This document shows positions 26,786 to 37,696 of a stretch of DNA of 64,000 nucleotides, piece after piece; the stretch's first letter is position 1; each line of letters begins with the position of its first letter. The notes under the pieces are model-generated. The model did not search any database. It was given only the letters and a program-made list of their open reading frames with translations, and was not told where the DNA came from. The translations under genes were made by a program, and so were the position numbers. This DNA comes from Macrostomum hystrix. Taxonomy: Eukaryota > Animalia > Platyhelminthes. The stretch lies in NCBI GenBank assembly GCA_950097015.1, contig CATNEN010000038.1:21576001-21640000 (forward strand), written 5' to 3'.

Positions 26786-27840
26786 GCAAACACCTGCTCC
26801 ATCTACTAGGACACAATGGCAAACACTTGCTCCATCTACTAGGACAAAATTGCAAACACTTTGCTCCATCTACTAGGACACAATGGCAAACACTTTGCTC
26901 CATCTACTAGGACACAATTGAAAAGACTTTGCTCCATTTACTAGGACACAATGGCAAACACTTTGCTCCATCTACTAGGACACAATGGCAAACACTTTGC
27001 TCCATCTACTAGGACACAATTGAAAAGACTTTGCTCCATTTACTAGGACACAATGGCAAACACTTTGCTCCATCTACTAGGACACAATGGCAAACACTTT
27101 GCTCCATCTACTAGGACACAATTGAAAAGACTTTGCTCCATTTACTAGGACACAATGGCAAACACTTTGCTCCATCTACTAGGACACAATGGCAAACACT
27201 TTGCTCCATCTACTAGGACACAATTGCAAACGCTTTGCTCCATCTACTAGGACACAATGGCAAACACTTTGCTCCATCTACTAGGACACAATTGCAAACA
27301 CTTTGCTCCATCTACTAGGACACAATTGCAAACGCTTTGCTCCATCTACTAGGACACAATGGCAGACACTTTGCTCCATCTACTAGGACACAATTGAAAA
27401 GACTTTGCTCCATTTACTAGGACACAATGGCAAACACTTTGCTCCATCTACTAGGACACAATGGCAAACACTTTGCTGCATCTACTAGGACACAATTGAA
27501 AAGACTTTGCTCCATTTACTAGGACACAATGGCAAACACTTTGCTCCATCTACTAGGACACAATTGCAAACACTTTGCTCCATCTACTAGGACACAATGG
27601 CAAACACTTTGCTCCATCTACTAGGACACAATGGCAAACACTTTGCTCCATCTACTAGGACACAATGGCAAACACTTTGCTCCATCTACTAGGACACAAT
27701 TGCAAACGCTTTGCTCCATCTACTAGGACACAATGGCAAACACTTTGCTCCATCTACTAGGACACAATTGCAAACACTTTGCTCCATCTACTAGGACACA
27801 ATGGCAAACACTTTGCTCCATCTAGAAGTACTAGGACACA
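26785..27840. repeat. 34-bp minisatellite (~30 copies)
   Basis: gcaaacactttgctccatctactaggacacaatg units, no spacers. Confidence 0.95.
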
Positions 27841-29207
27841 TCGAAAAAATATCTAGCAGACACAATATGCGGAAGTTGGAAAAGTTTAAGACGAAACTTG
27901 AAGGCGAATATAAAAGTCTAGAGAAGTAGCTTTTTTAGCCGATCTTCTGGCGTCCATTAGATCATTTTTGAGTGTGGCGGCCGCGAATTTGAAGTCTTCG
28001 TTGCCGCCAACAATATTGTTTGTCTCCTCTACGATGCGATATTTCTCGATTCAGCCTCTGCTAGGCTTTTCCCCTAGAAACTGTACGTGGACTGCACGGC
28101 CTCGCTTATAGGCCTTGCTTTTTGGTGGTAAACAAACGATTGCAGGCCACAGATAATTCTCACCGGGCCAGTATGCGGAAACAAGACTTACCTAATTTAA
28201 TTTTGGCGCTCAGCGGCTTGTCGGCGGCCGCGCTGACCAGCTGCCGCTTGCGGCTGTTGTCGGAGCCTGCAGCGCTCTGTGACTTTTTAGCCGTTTTAGG
28301 CGTAGCCTGGGCAATTGTCAAATTTAGAAGTGATAGAAAAAATGCCTGCTAGTTCTAAAACTGTAGGTTCATGACTAATATTAGAATTAGTAGGCTTTGA
28401 TAAAGTTTAACAGATAAAGTCTACTTTTCATCGTTCACACTACAATGCTCCTATGCCCACTGTATAAGCACTAGCTGTCTTTCTATATTATACACTTGTA
28501 GTACGCGTAAATTTCGAAAAAAGTCTAAAATTTTATAATGCAATCAAACTCACTCTTTTATTGCGGCCGAAATTATTTTTTATACAATCGACGCCCGGCA
28601 CGCCGGTACGCCTCGGTATGGACCTGGTAGTGGGGCCATAGCCACATCGGTACTGTGATTTAGTCTGTCGCCCAGGACTTTGAGATCATGGCCTTCCATT
28701 AAACCCTGTAAATTATAATTGTTTTTTTAAGTAAACCTAATATAGAAGATAGGGAATTTCCCAAAATACGGAAAGGAGAACAATTACTCAAGATAATTGG
28801 CATTAGCAAATGCTAAATAAACTAAATTAGCAACAGGAGTTTTGGCTGATTTGAAAAATTGACCTGAAAACTCGAAAATGTGACTGACATGCTGAATGGG
28901 TGAGCAGTTGAATGTGAATGTGATGGAGAATACTGAAGCTTTGAACAAAGACTGTAACCAAGTCAATGAATAAGCAAATTAATGTTAAGACGAATTTCAA
29001 CTTACCCGAGTTTCAACAAACTTGCGAAAATCTGTGTTTGTCATGCCACTGAGAATCGGATTAAACTTTCTCGGTAGGCGGCAAATAACCTGCCAAAATG
29101 GCCATATGGAATTTTGAGCAAAGGCTTGTAGCTGCAGCCCCTTCGTTAATTCGCTCTGTAACAACGCGCTGTAGAAGCTGGCGGCACTCCATGACGTTAA
29201 TTTTTGC

Positions 29208-29893
29208 AGTAGTATGCAAGAGGGGGCTTCTAGGACAAAAATAATCGCAGCCTCCATTATCCACAAACCATTACTTTTATTATTCCCGAAGAGATCAGGA
29301 AAATAGGGTCCCCGCCTCTCTCTAAAAAACTCCGTCTCCATATTCTAAATTCTATACTTCCCATATCATTTTGTGAGTTGAATATCTAGGACAAAAATTA
29401 TCGCAGCCTCCTTAATAAACAAACCATTACCTTTATTCTTCCCGAAGGTTCCCCGCCAATAAAAAATCTGTCTCTACAGTTTGTGAACTTGGACAAAAAA
29501 AATTATCGCTGCCACTCCCTAAAAGATCATGCCCAAAATAGTGAACCTGCAAAAAGCGTGCCAAGACAATCAAATTAGCACTAAAATCCCAATCCCCAAA
29601 CTCAAGACCCCAAACTTAGGGTGCTCATCCTCCGAAAAAAAAATTTAATTCTCATTAAAAATGCTCCCAATCGTCTCTCCAGGATCTTATTACAAAAGTC
29701 ATGAGCCTAATTACAAGAGTAAATACCGATGCAAACAAGAATGCAGCGAGTACATGAGAAAATATTGGCCCAACGTCGATATCAATGTCCCTAATATTAA
29801 TCAAGCTCTCCAAAGACACTGGTTTCATAAGTATGGAGTAACCATAAAGGACTATGACAGCTACTATAACTTTGCAGAAATCATTAAGCAGCT
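29208..29893 (+). repeat. Polinton left TIR (686 bp)
   Basis: Reverse complement of 43947-44553 apart from one extra subrepeat and scattered differences. Confidence 0.93.
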
Positions 29894-29897
29894 ATAG
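29661..29897 (+). CDS. Small TIR-embedded ORF (78 aa), unknown function
   Basis: AAAAATG start like the other viral genes; the right-TIR copy carries CAA>TAA. Confidence 0.55.
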   Translation: MLPIVSPGSYYKSHEPNYKSKYRCKQECSEYMRKYWPNVDINVPNINQALQRHWFHKYGVTIKDYDSYYNFAEIIKQL

Positions 29898-30128
29898 ACT
29901 TTCGATACGCTTTAAGACTTCTAGACTGCATTAAAATCGATATTTTTACGTACAAGCGTATGATATTTTGCTGTGTGGTGGGTGGTGTTGAGCGGATTGG
30001 GTACGGCAGCTGTTTCTTGCCATAGTTCATTGCGCGAGCGGCGTTGGTAGTCACTCCCAGTTGGCTCTAGCCCCCCCCCAATACGCTACTTAAAGGAAGG
30101 TGTTGAATAGCCGCATGAGAACTCCACC

Positions 30129-30932
30129 ATGAGTCAAACCGGAACTTTTTTTTCAATAAACGGAATACGGTTTATCATGGCCTTGTCAAAAGAGACAAGA
30201 ATTGCAACGATTGCCGAACTGGCGGTCTCACTGTCATCTAAAGAAAGGTCGGCAATGGGAAGCAGACTGAGCAGCTGGAAAGAAGAAGAGTTGGTAAGGT
30301 TTCAGGCGAGCTTGGAAAAGCTTGAAGGTGTTCCGGTTAAGAAGAGGGCGCTTCCCAAGAAAAAGGAAGAGAGCGAGCGAGAGAGAGTTATTGCAAGGAT
30401 ATACGCGAAGCTGGAAGAGAATGAGAGTCGCGGTGTAAAGTTGTCTCTGGGTGCAATTTCCGATGGTCTCAACTTGGTCGCCACGAATTTGAATGGAACG
30501 ACAAAGGAAGACTTGGAAGCGAGGTTTAAGAAGCTGACCTATTCTATCGAGAACCTGTCAACTGCTAAGGCCATGATGCAGTTTGAACAGGGGCGCTTAA
30601 TTCAAGTTTTGGTTTACAAGCACAAAATGAATTTGGAAGAGCTCGCCACCACTTTCAACATCAGCAAGCGAACAGTGGGAGACTACGACAAATTTTACTC
30701 TCTCTGTATCACGTACCCAGGTCTAATATTTTCAAGCTACACAATGGGAACCCTGCTTCGCTATAAATCAGTGATTGAAGAGAAGGCAAAAATTGATGAA
30801 CGCTTTGCTGATATATTGAAGATGCAAATCGAGGGTATTTCCCTGGATGATCAATATGAGAAGGATATCAAGTGCTGGTATGAAGAAAGTAAGTACATAA
30901 CATTTTTGTTGCAAATTCTGAAAGAAAATTAG
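30129..30932 (+). CDS. Polinton accessory protein with coiled coil and HTH-like segment, possibly spliced to 30975-31024
   Basis: LEELATTFNISKRTVGDY helix-turn-helix pattern; CCACCATG start. Confidence 0.7.
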   Translation: MSQTGTFFSINGIRFIMALSKETRIATIAELAVSLSSKERSAMGSRLSSWKEEELVRFQASLEKLEGVPVKKRALPKKKEESERERVIARIYAKLEENESRGVKLSLGAISDGLNLVATNLNGTTKEDLEARFKKLTYSIENLSTAKAMMQFEQGRLIQVLVYKHKMNLEELATTFNISKRTVGDYDKFYSLCITYPGLIFSSYTMGTLLRYKSVIEEKAKIDERFADILKMQIEGISLDDQYEKDIKCWYEESKYITFLLQILKEN

Positions 30933-31200
30933 TATAAAACAAACAAAACAAGTCGAACAAACAAACAAATTTAGGCATAGGAGAAGAAGAAGACGAAGCG
31001 GCCACAGTGGAGGTCTTGAACTGATCAAGACGAAGTACTGACTTTTGAATGACTATTATCTATGTTAAACAGTGTTGGCTTTTTTTCTCATTATTCAGTG
31101 TGTTAAAAACTTAATATGCTCTTATTTGTACTGGCATTTTTTCGCCTTCAGTAGTCCTTTATCTATTGGTGGAAGCATGTATATCTTTCAAAGCGCACGA

Positions 31201-31380
31201 AAGAGGCTCTCATTGGTTGCATTAATTTGACGAAAGTTCGTAAAAATCATGCGCAGCATAAAGCGGCTCTCATTGGTTGCATTAATTTGACGAAAGTTCG
31301 TAAAAATCATGCGCAGCATAAAGCGGCTCTCATTGGTTGCATTAATTTGACGAACGTTCGTAAAAATCATGCGCAGCACG
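31201..31380. repeat. Three 60-bp direct repeats with CCAAT-like and palindromic cores
   Basis: Period 60; ACGAACGTTCGT palindrome at 31350-31361. Confidence 0.9.
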
Positions 31381-31446
31381 GGGAAAAAGCTTGCCCAGCT
31401 CAAGGATCCCCTGCCTAGCTTCAAAAGCACCCATTTAGTTCCTTGA

Positions 31447-31893
31447 TTAAACCCCTGCCTTATCAACCCCCAGCTCTTTCAGCAGTCCTCCTAGTTCCTT
31501 ACTTGGCGCATGCAACACAAAACCCACCCCACCAATCCCCAACCCCAACTTTGTCTTACCAAAAATAACAGCTTTAACTAGCTTCCGAGCGATCGATTCC
31601 CTCCACCCGCTTGAAGCCCCTATATTGTCTAGCATTCTGAGCATTTCTTTGTCCCAGCGAGTCTTCTCCTCTGGAAAATCCCTATACTTAATATCATGCC
31701 ACATACAGACAGAGTCTAGCTCGTTCACAGGCTCATGCCCAGGATTTGGATTATTGTTTTTATCTAGCTGTATTTCAAGCGGATTCAAAGGCCCGCAATA
31801 TTTGTAGCCGGGAATTGTCCAGCCTTTGTTTGCTTTTCGAAGCTTTTCTACCAGTCCATGTGAATCTAGTTTACCACCAAAGCGTTGCATCAT
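31447..31893 (-). CDS. Parvovirus VP1u-type phospholipase A2 protein
   Basis: PGYKYCGPLN Ca-loop and PVNELDSVCMWHDIKY catalytic HD motif. Confidence 0.88.
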   Translation of the reverse strand: MMQRFGGKLDSHGLVEKLRKANKGWTIPGYKYCGPLNPLEIQLDKNNNPNPGHEPVNELDSVCMWHDIKYRDFPEEKTRWDKEMLRMLDNIGASSGWRESIARKLVKAVIFGKTKLGLGIGGVGFVLHAPSKELGGLLKELGVDKAGV

Positions 31894-31919
31894 TTTTATA
31901 AAAAATTAAATAAAAAATA

Positions 31920-32909
31920 ATGGCAGATCAGAAACTTCAAAAGCTCTACTACAGCGACAAAGGATTCTTTGTAGGAAAAAATGCAGTCACCAAACTCGCA
32001 GAACTAAGTAATGAATCAAAACAAACAGTTGAAAGATGGCTCTCTAAGCAAGCAGTTTACCAAGTCTATTTCCCACCTGTTAAATTTACAAGACCTCACT
32101 TTAACATCTATAAACCTAATGAAGCGCACCAAGCAGATCTTCTGTTTCTCCCCAATGACTCAGGCTACAAGTATGCGCTCACAGTTATAGACATTGCCTC
32201 CAGATATAAAGAAGCCAGACCGCTTAAAACTAAGAAGTCAGAAGCAGTTGCAGCTGCCCTCCAAGACATTTACAAAAACTCACCGCTCACATACCCACAA
32301 ACCTTTATGACTGATCCTGGCAAAGAATTCATGGGTGCAGTCAAATCCCTTATGGAAAAGAACAATACGAAAATGCGCTACGGAAGAACTGAGCTTCATA
32401 GAGACCAGGCTTTTGTTGAAAGATTCAATCTAACTCTAGCAAAGAGACTTTTCACAAAGCAGACAGCTGAAGAGCTGAAACTAAAAAGTGGCCAATACTA
32501 TACCAAGTGGACAGAAAGACTCCCCGCAGTAATAAGTCAACTGAACAATGAAGTATCTCGAATGACAAACCTGAAACCAAATACTGCCATCAAACAAGAC
32601 ACAGTTGAATCAAAACATCCGATCTCCCAATTCCCATTTCCAAAGCTCCCCGGCGTTTATTCTCCGGAAGTTCTTACTAACTCTGAATTCGTTCGCTTCC
32701 TTTACTTACCAGGAGAGCTGGAGAAGGACACAAAGAGAAGAGCAACAGACCCATACTTTAGTCTTGATGTACATAAGATAAACAGGCATTTCACATCAGC
32801 ATCCGGTGATTACTATTTTCTATCCCAAGACTTTAATTCAAAAGCCCCCACACGATCATTCACAAGGGCTGAGCTTCTAGTGATTCCACATGACACAGAA
32901 ATAAATTAA
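31920..32909 (+). CDS. int: Retroviral-like DDE (rve) integrase
   Basis: HQADL, TVIDIASRY, TDPGKEF, VERFNLTL; intact, 329 aa. Confidence 0.95.
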   Translation: MADQKLQKLYYSDKGFFVGKNAVTKLAELSNESKQTVERWLSKQAVYQVYFPPVKFTRPHFNIYKPNEAHQADLLFLPNDSGYKYALTVIDIASRYKEARPLKTKKSEAVAAALQDIYKNSPLTYPQTFMTDPGKEFMGAVKSLMEKNNTKMRYGRTELHRDQAFVERFNLTLAKRLFTKQTAEELKLKSGQYYTKWTERLPAVISQLNNEVSRMTNLKPNTAIKQDTVESKHPISQFPFPKLPGVYSPEVLTNSEFVRFLYLPGELEKDTKRRATDPYFSLDVHKINRHFTSASGDYYFLSQDFNSKAPTRSFTRAELLVIPHDTEIN

Positions 32910-32928
32910 AAAAATTTTTTTAAATAAA

Positions 32929-33360
32929 ATGATTGAAACCAGAACCGTGAATAAAATTAGCCGAATTATCGACTCTAAGAAGCCAGGAGTTGTATCAATT
33001 AAAGGTGTCAGAGTCAAAGTAGATCCAATCCAGCATATGATCCATTGTAACAATCAAACACACAATATCACTGATGAGAAGACAGGCGGGATTCTTCCTT
33101 TGCTAACTCTTATCCCCATCATCGCAGGTGCTCTTGGTGCAGCAGGAGGTGTAGCCGGCGGAGTTGCATCAGCCGTGAAGGCTGGCAATGACAGAGCACA
33201 TCAACGAGAGATGGAGAATATCGCTAGAGAAAAAGGAGTCAGAATCGGAATGGGTAGTTGTGAATCTGATGAATCAGCTGATGAATCAGTCAGCAAATCA
33301 GAAATCGTTAAAGCCATCATGACACTGCATAAAGCAGGATTTACAATACTCCGGATGTGA
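32929..33360 (+). CDS. Adenovirus pX (pre-mu)-like virion protein
   Basis: KTGG|ILPLLTLIPIIAGALGAAGGVA resembles adenoviral pX (xRGG|ILPLLIPLIAAAIGA). Confidence 0.75.
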   Translation: MIETRTVNKISRIIDSKKPGVVSIKGVRVKVDPIQHMIHCNNQTHNITDEKTGGILPLLTLIPIIAGALGAAGGVAGGVASAVKAGNDRAHQREMENIAREKGVRIGMGSCESDESADESVSKSEIVKAIMTLHKAGFTILRM

Positions 33361-33483
33361 AAACAGAACAGAACAGAATCTGCTCTAATAACTATATTTA
33401 GTACTGTTGGTAGTAGTTTGCCATACTTTACACTTTACTTGAGGGTGACTACCCTAAATTTTTTTTATAAGTTTTCATTAAAA

Positions 33484-36400
33484 ATGCCTAAAGCAATTCC
33501 AGAAAAAAAAATTGTCGAATCTTTCTTTCAAAATAATTGTCCTCAAGCTCAATCGTTTCAACAAAAAAGTCAAGTCCTGCAAGAGCTTTGCAGGCAGAAA
33601 TTCAATCAAGATCCAGGCTACCTCGGGAGCTATGCAATACAGCATGAAATTATTAATCAGCTTCTGCATTCAGAGCAGTACACACCAGTGAAGAAGCCGG
33701 CGACTGAGCATCAACAAAAGAGCCGCAGCTTAGTCAATAAGTATGAGACAGTCACAGGTCAAAATGTGTCGAAATACCCACAGAATAAGCAAGAGCAAGA
33801 AGATCTAGAACGTACAATCCACCAGGTTGAAGCAGAGCTACAAACTGAAGACATTAAATTTGCACAGAGAAAATTCACAGAGTATTATATTGAGTATACA
33901 ATCCAGGAAGACACCACAAATTCCCAATCCGACATTTACGACTTCAAAGACAGAATTCAATCAGTAATTGATCACACACTGAAGTCACGTAAGACCTTCA
34001 AGCTTCAGTTATCATTCAAGATTGAATTTTACATGCCTGCAAAACCCACTGAGCGTCTTGAATACTACATGACTACTAAAGCTCTACCCTTTACTCCCAC
34101 TGACACACAGGATCCTTTTCTTCAAGAGATCAGTAAAAAGATTGACGCCTTTACTTCCAGAGGATCAGGTTGGGTTGTCAATGGCATTCAAAAAGCTACA
34201 GTAATGATCATGAAATATGACCCTCTCAAAGCTTCATCATATATTGAGCTCCCGAAAAAGCTAGCGAGTAAAAAGGCTTGCATCAATGTGCAAAATTATG
34301 ACCAATGCTGCGCACTATGGGTAGTTTGGTCTGCAATATTGTATGAGAAAGATCGAGCCCATACAGAGAGAACTTCTCATTATAAAATGTATTTTGACGC
34401 AAAACTTTTAGAATGCCATGCTAAAGGAATTTCCTTCAATAGAGGCGGCTTGGCAATCGATCAAATCCCAAAGCTAGAGGAAGTCTTTAACAATAAAATC
34501 AGAATCACAGTCTTTGAATGGAATGAGAAGAGCGAAAAAGTACAATTAGTCAGAGCCAGCAAAAACACGCTAGATCCTGAAGGTAGGCGTCGCATAGATG
34601 TCGATCTTCTAATCATAGGTGATTTGCGAGAAAATGCCCACTACGTTTGGATTAAAGATCTTTCCAGGCTCCTCCACAAGCAAATGAACAATCATCATGA
34701 ATCGGTAGCAATCTGCCGTCTTTGTCTGAAGCATTATAGTGGACCCGATCGTGATGAAAAACTTAAAGAGCATGAACTGACCTGTGAAGATCATCCAACC
34801 AACTGCACACTTCCAACGGATAAGCATCTCAGATTTAAGAGTTATCACAAGATGGAGAAGCTCCCGTTTATAGTATACGCTGACTTTGAATGCACTATAA
34901 ACCCTGAAACCAATAAGCATGTCCCAAATTCTGTTGCGTATCTCTTTATTGGAAGAGACTCTTTTATTTGCTCAAACTATTTCTTAGGTGACCAGTGTGT
35001 TGAACAATTCATTTACTCGATGATGGAATTACAGAAAAATGTTGCTGCCATTCAGCCTGTTCCAATAACTATGTCCGATCAAGATGAAATCGACTTCGGA
35101 TCTGCAACTTATTGTCACATTTGCCGAAAGCTATTAACACCCTGCGACGCCAAAAACCACACAGTCAGAGACCACGATCACTTCACAGGAAAATTTAGAG
35201 GGGCAGCTCATAACACCTGTAATCTGAAACTACAGAAAAACATCCACGACCTTACCATTTTCTTCCATAACGGAAGGGGATATGATTATCACTTATTGGT
35301 TGAGAAGCTGGGTATGATACCAGGCATTAAACTAGATTGCATCGCAGAGAACAAAGAAAAGTTCAAGTGCATCGATATTAAGCAAGATTCAGGCAAGATT
35401 AAGATCAAAGATTCATTCCAGTTTCTGGCCGCCAGTCTCGATGCTTTGAGTAAAAATCTCACCGATGACCAATGTACTTATACCAAGATGCTGGCAGATT
35501 CCCTCAATCCTACCCCAGATTCATTTAAGCTTCTTAGAAAGAAAGGTGTCTACCCTTATGAATGTAATCGTGTCTTTGCAGAACCACTACCACCCAAGGA
35601 CAAGTTCTTTTCAAAGCTAACAAACTCTGGGATTTCTGATGAAGATTATGAGCATGCTCAGACTGTTTACAAACATTTTAACTGTCGAAACTTTCTTGAT
35701 TATCACATGCTTTACCTTTGGACTGATGTCTTTCTTCTAGCTGATGTATTTGAAACCTTTAGAAAGACCTGGTACTCTGCTTATGGTCTTGACCCCGCTC
35801 ATTATGTGTCTTTGCCTGCTACCAGTTGGGAATCATTGCTTAAAATGAAATGGGATCAAAATCCCAACTGGTACATCGAGCTGCTTACAGACATAGACAT
35901 GTACAACTTTATAGATTCATCTAAGAGAGGTGGCATCTCTATTTGTGTCCATAGGTATGCAAAGGCAAACAATCCGTATCTAGAAGACTATGATAAAGAA
36001 AAGCCTTCAAACTACATCCTTTACCTGGATGCCAACAACCTCTATGGTTGGGCTATGAGCCAAGATTTACCTGTTAGAGATTTTAGGTGGCTAACAGAAT
36101 GTAACACAGACTTTTCAATACCTGCGATCTATGAAGTTGATGTTGAAATCCCATGGGAACTTCACGACTATTTCTCTGACTTTGCCCCCTTCCCTGAGAA
36201 CATTAACTGTCCAAAGATAATCCAGTACAATGATGGAAGCTGGCAGCTATCTGAAAAAGAAAAAGAGCGTGTGAAAAAGTTAACACAAAATCTCATGAAC
36301 AAGACACGCTATAAAATCCACTACAAGCTGTTGCAGTATTTTATCTCCCTAGGTTGTAGGGTCACGAAAGTTCACAGAGCTCTCGCATTCACAGAAGAAG

Positions 36401-37275
36401 CGTGGATGAAGCCATACATAGAAAAAAACACCCAGTTTACAACTAAAGCAACAAACAGCTTTGACAAGGACCTGTTCAAGCTTGCAAACAACTCTGTCTA
36501 TGGCAAGACCCTAGAAAACGAACGCAACCGCACGAACCTGAAGCTCGTTACCTGTTATGAGCCTGGTGTCATTCAGAAAAGTTTATCAAAGCCCACTTTC
36601 AAAGAGCTTCATATCTTTAATGATTACTTGGGTGCCATACTGTTCTATAAGACTAAAGTTACCCTATGCAAGCCGATATTCACAGGTGTGACTGTACTTG
36701 ACGAATCGAAGCGCCTGATGTATGAAGTCTTCTATGACATGAAGCGGCAATATGGTGAACAACTGAAACTTCTATATACTGACACAGACTCCCTAATTCT
36801 AAACATACAGACTGAGGATGTCTATCAGGACATGTTGAATCAAAAACATCTGTATGACCTATCCGAATATCCAGAGTCCTTCAAGACTTTGAAAGGCGAT
36901 CAAGTACGCGACACTGGAAATCAAAAAGTTGTAGGAAAAATGAAGGATGAAACGGCTGGCACCCTCATTACAGAGTTTATCGGTTTGAGGGCAAAGTCCT
37001 ATTTTGTAAAAAGTTGTAAGTCTACCATTAAAAAATCAAAAGGAATCCCAAAACATGTTGTTAAAAACGATCTCCATGAAGCTTCATACAAGGACGCATT
37101 GATCAATAATAAAAGTACTACTCATGAATTTATGAAACTGCAGTCTAAGAACCACAATATTCACACAATTCAACAGAAAAAGATAGGCCTCTCAGGTGCC
37201 GATAACAAACGACATATCTTTGATGACAACATTAACAGCCTACCATTTGGACACTATAGATTAAATAATTTGTAA
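33484..37275 (+). CDS. polB: Protein-primed family B DNA polymerase (1263 aa from ATG 33484) with N-terminal TP/vOTU-like region and HNH/EndoVII insert
   Basis: Exo YADFE, HNGRGYD, YLWTDV; Pol LDANNLYG, KLANNSVYGK, YTDTDS; CHIC..RDHDH..GAAHNTCN insert. Confidence 0.96.
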   Translation: MPKAIPEKKIVESFFQNNCPQAQSFQQKSQVLQELCRQKFNQDPGYLGSYAIQHEIINQLLHSEQYTPVKKPATEHQQKSRSLVNKYETVTGQNVSKYPQNKQEQEDLERTIHQVEAELQTEDIKFAQRKFTEYYIEYTIQEDTTNSQSDIYDFKDRIQSVIDHTLKSRKTFKLQLSFKIEFYMPAKPTERLEYYMTTKALPFTPTDTQDPFLQEISKKIDAFTSRGSGWVVNGIQKATVMIMKYDPLKASSYIELPKKLASKKACINVQNYDQCCALWVVWSAILYEKDRAHTERTSHYKMYFDAKLLECHAKGISFNRGGLAIDQIPKLEEVFNNKIRITVFEWNEKSEKVQLVRASKNTLDPEGRRRIDVDLLIIGDLRENAHYVWIKDLSRLLHKQMNNHHESVAICRLCLKHYSGPDRDEKLKEHELTCEDHPTNCTLPTDKHLRFKSYHKMEKLPFIVYADFECTINPETNKHVPNSVAYLFIGRDSFICSNYFLGDQCVEQFIYSMMELQKNVAAIQPVPITMSDQDEIDFGSATYCHICRKLLTPCDAKNHTVRDHDHFTGKFRGAAHNTCNLKLQKNIHDLTIFFHNGRGYDYHLLVEKLGMIPGIKLDCIAENKEKFKCIDIKQDSGKIKIKDSFQFLAASLDALSKNLTDDQCTYTKMLADSLNPTPDSFKLLRKKGVYPYECNRVFAEPLPPKDKFFSKLTNSGISDEDYEHAQTVYKHFNCRNFLDYHMLYLWTDVFLLADVFETFRKTWYSAYGLDPAHYVSLPATSWESLLKMKWDQNPNWYIELLTDIDMYNFIDSSKRGGISICVHRYAKANNPYLEDYDKEKPSNYILYLDANNLYGWAMSQDLPVRDFRWLTECNTDFSIPAIYEVDVEIPWELHDYFSDFAPFPENINCPKIIQYNDGSWQLSEKEKERVKKLTQNLMNKTRYKIHYKLLQYFISLGCRVTKVHRALAFTEEAWMKPYIEKNTQFTTKATNSFDKDLFKLANNSVYGKTLENERNRTNLKLVTCYEPGVIQKSLSKPTFKELHIFNDYLGAILFYKTKVTLCKPIFTGVTVLDESKRLMYEVFYDMKRQYGEQLKLLYTDTDSLILNIQTEDVYQDMLNQKHLYDLSEYPESFKTLKGDQVRDTGNQKVVGKMKDETAGTLITEFIGLRAKSYFVKSCKSTIKKSKGIPKHVVKNDLHEASYKDALINNKSTTHEFMKLQSKNHNIHTIQQKKIGLSGADNKRHIFDDNINSLPFGHYRLNNL

Positions 37276-37291
37276 CATAATTTGTAAAAAA

Positions 37292-37690
37292 ATGACAACC
37301 AATATTTATTTAGAAGAGCTAGCTCAGCAATTAAAAATCCCAAACTTCCGAGGCGTCTTTATGAAGGATACACTGCCAGAAACCCCACTAGAAAAAGAAT
37401 GTGGAGTCATGAACTTTGACCCTGCAGAAAAGCCAGGTTCTCATTGGGTTTGTTGGGTAATTGATCCAATCCGTAAACACAAGTACTATTACTTTGATAG
37501 CTATGGAACTGCTGTACCTGAACAACTGAGAAATTATATGACTCATATGAGACATAAAATATACCGCTCAGACTTCATACTTCAGGGTATTAACAGTGAT
37601 ATTTGTGGTGAGCTATGTATGACTGTTTTGTATGCAATGACCCACACCCGAAAGAGTTACAAAGAAATCATTTTAGGGCTGAAAAAATAA
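37292..37690 (+). CDS. Adenain-like cysteine maturation protease
   Basis: GSHWV, YFDSYG, Q..SDICG (H/D/Q/C). Confidence 0.93.
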   Translation: MTTNIYLEELAQQLKIPNFRGVFMKDTLPETPLEKECGVMNFDPAEKPGSHWVCWVIDPIRKHKYYYFDSYGTAVPEQLRNYMTHMRHKIYRSDFILQGINSDICGELCMTVLYAMTHTRKSYKEIILGLKK

Positions 37691-37696
37691 TTTTTT

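Noticed and set aside
26785-27840. CRISPR-like 34-bp repeat array
   Set aside because: Units are contiguous with no unique spacers, there are no cas genes, and the context is eukaryotic
33418-33483. Upstream non-ATG starts in the ORF track for PolB (also MCP 41739 and ATPase 40001)
   Set aside because: The extensions are AT-rich intergenic sequence; ATGs at 33484, 41820 and 39962 share the common start context
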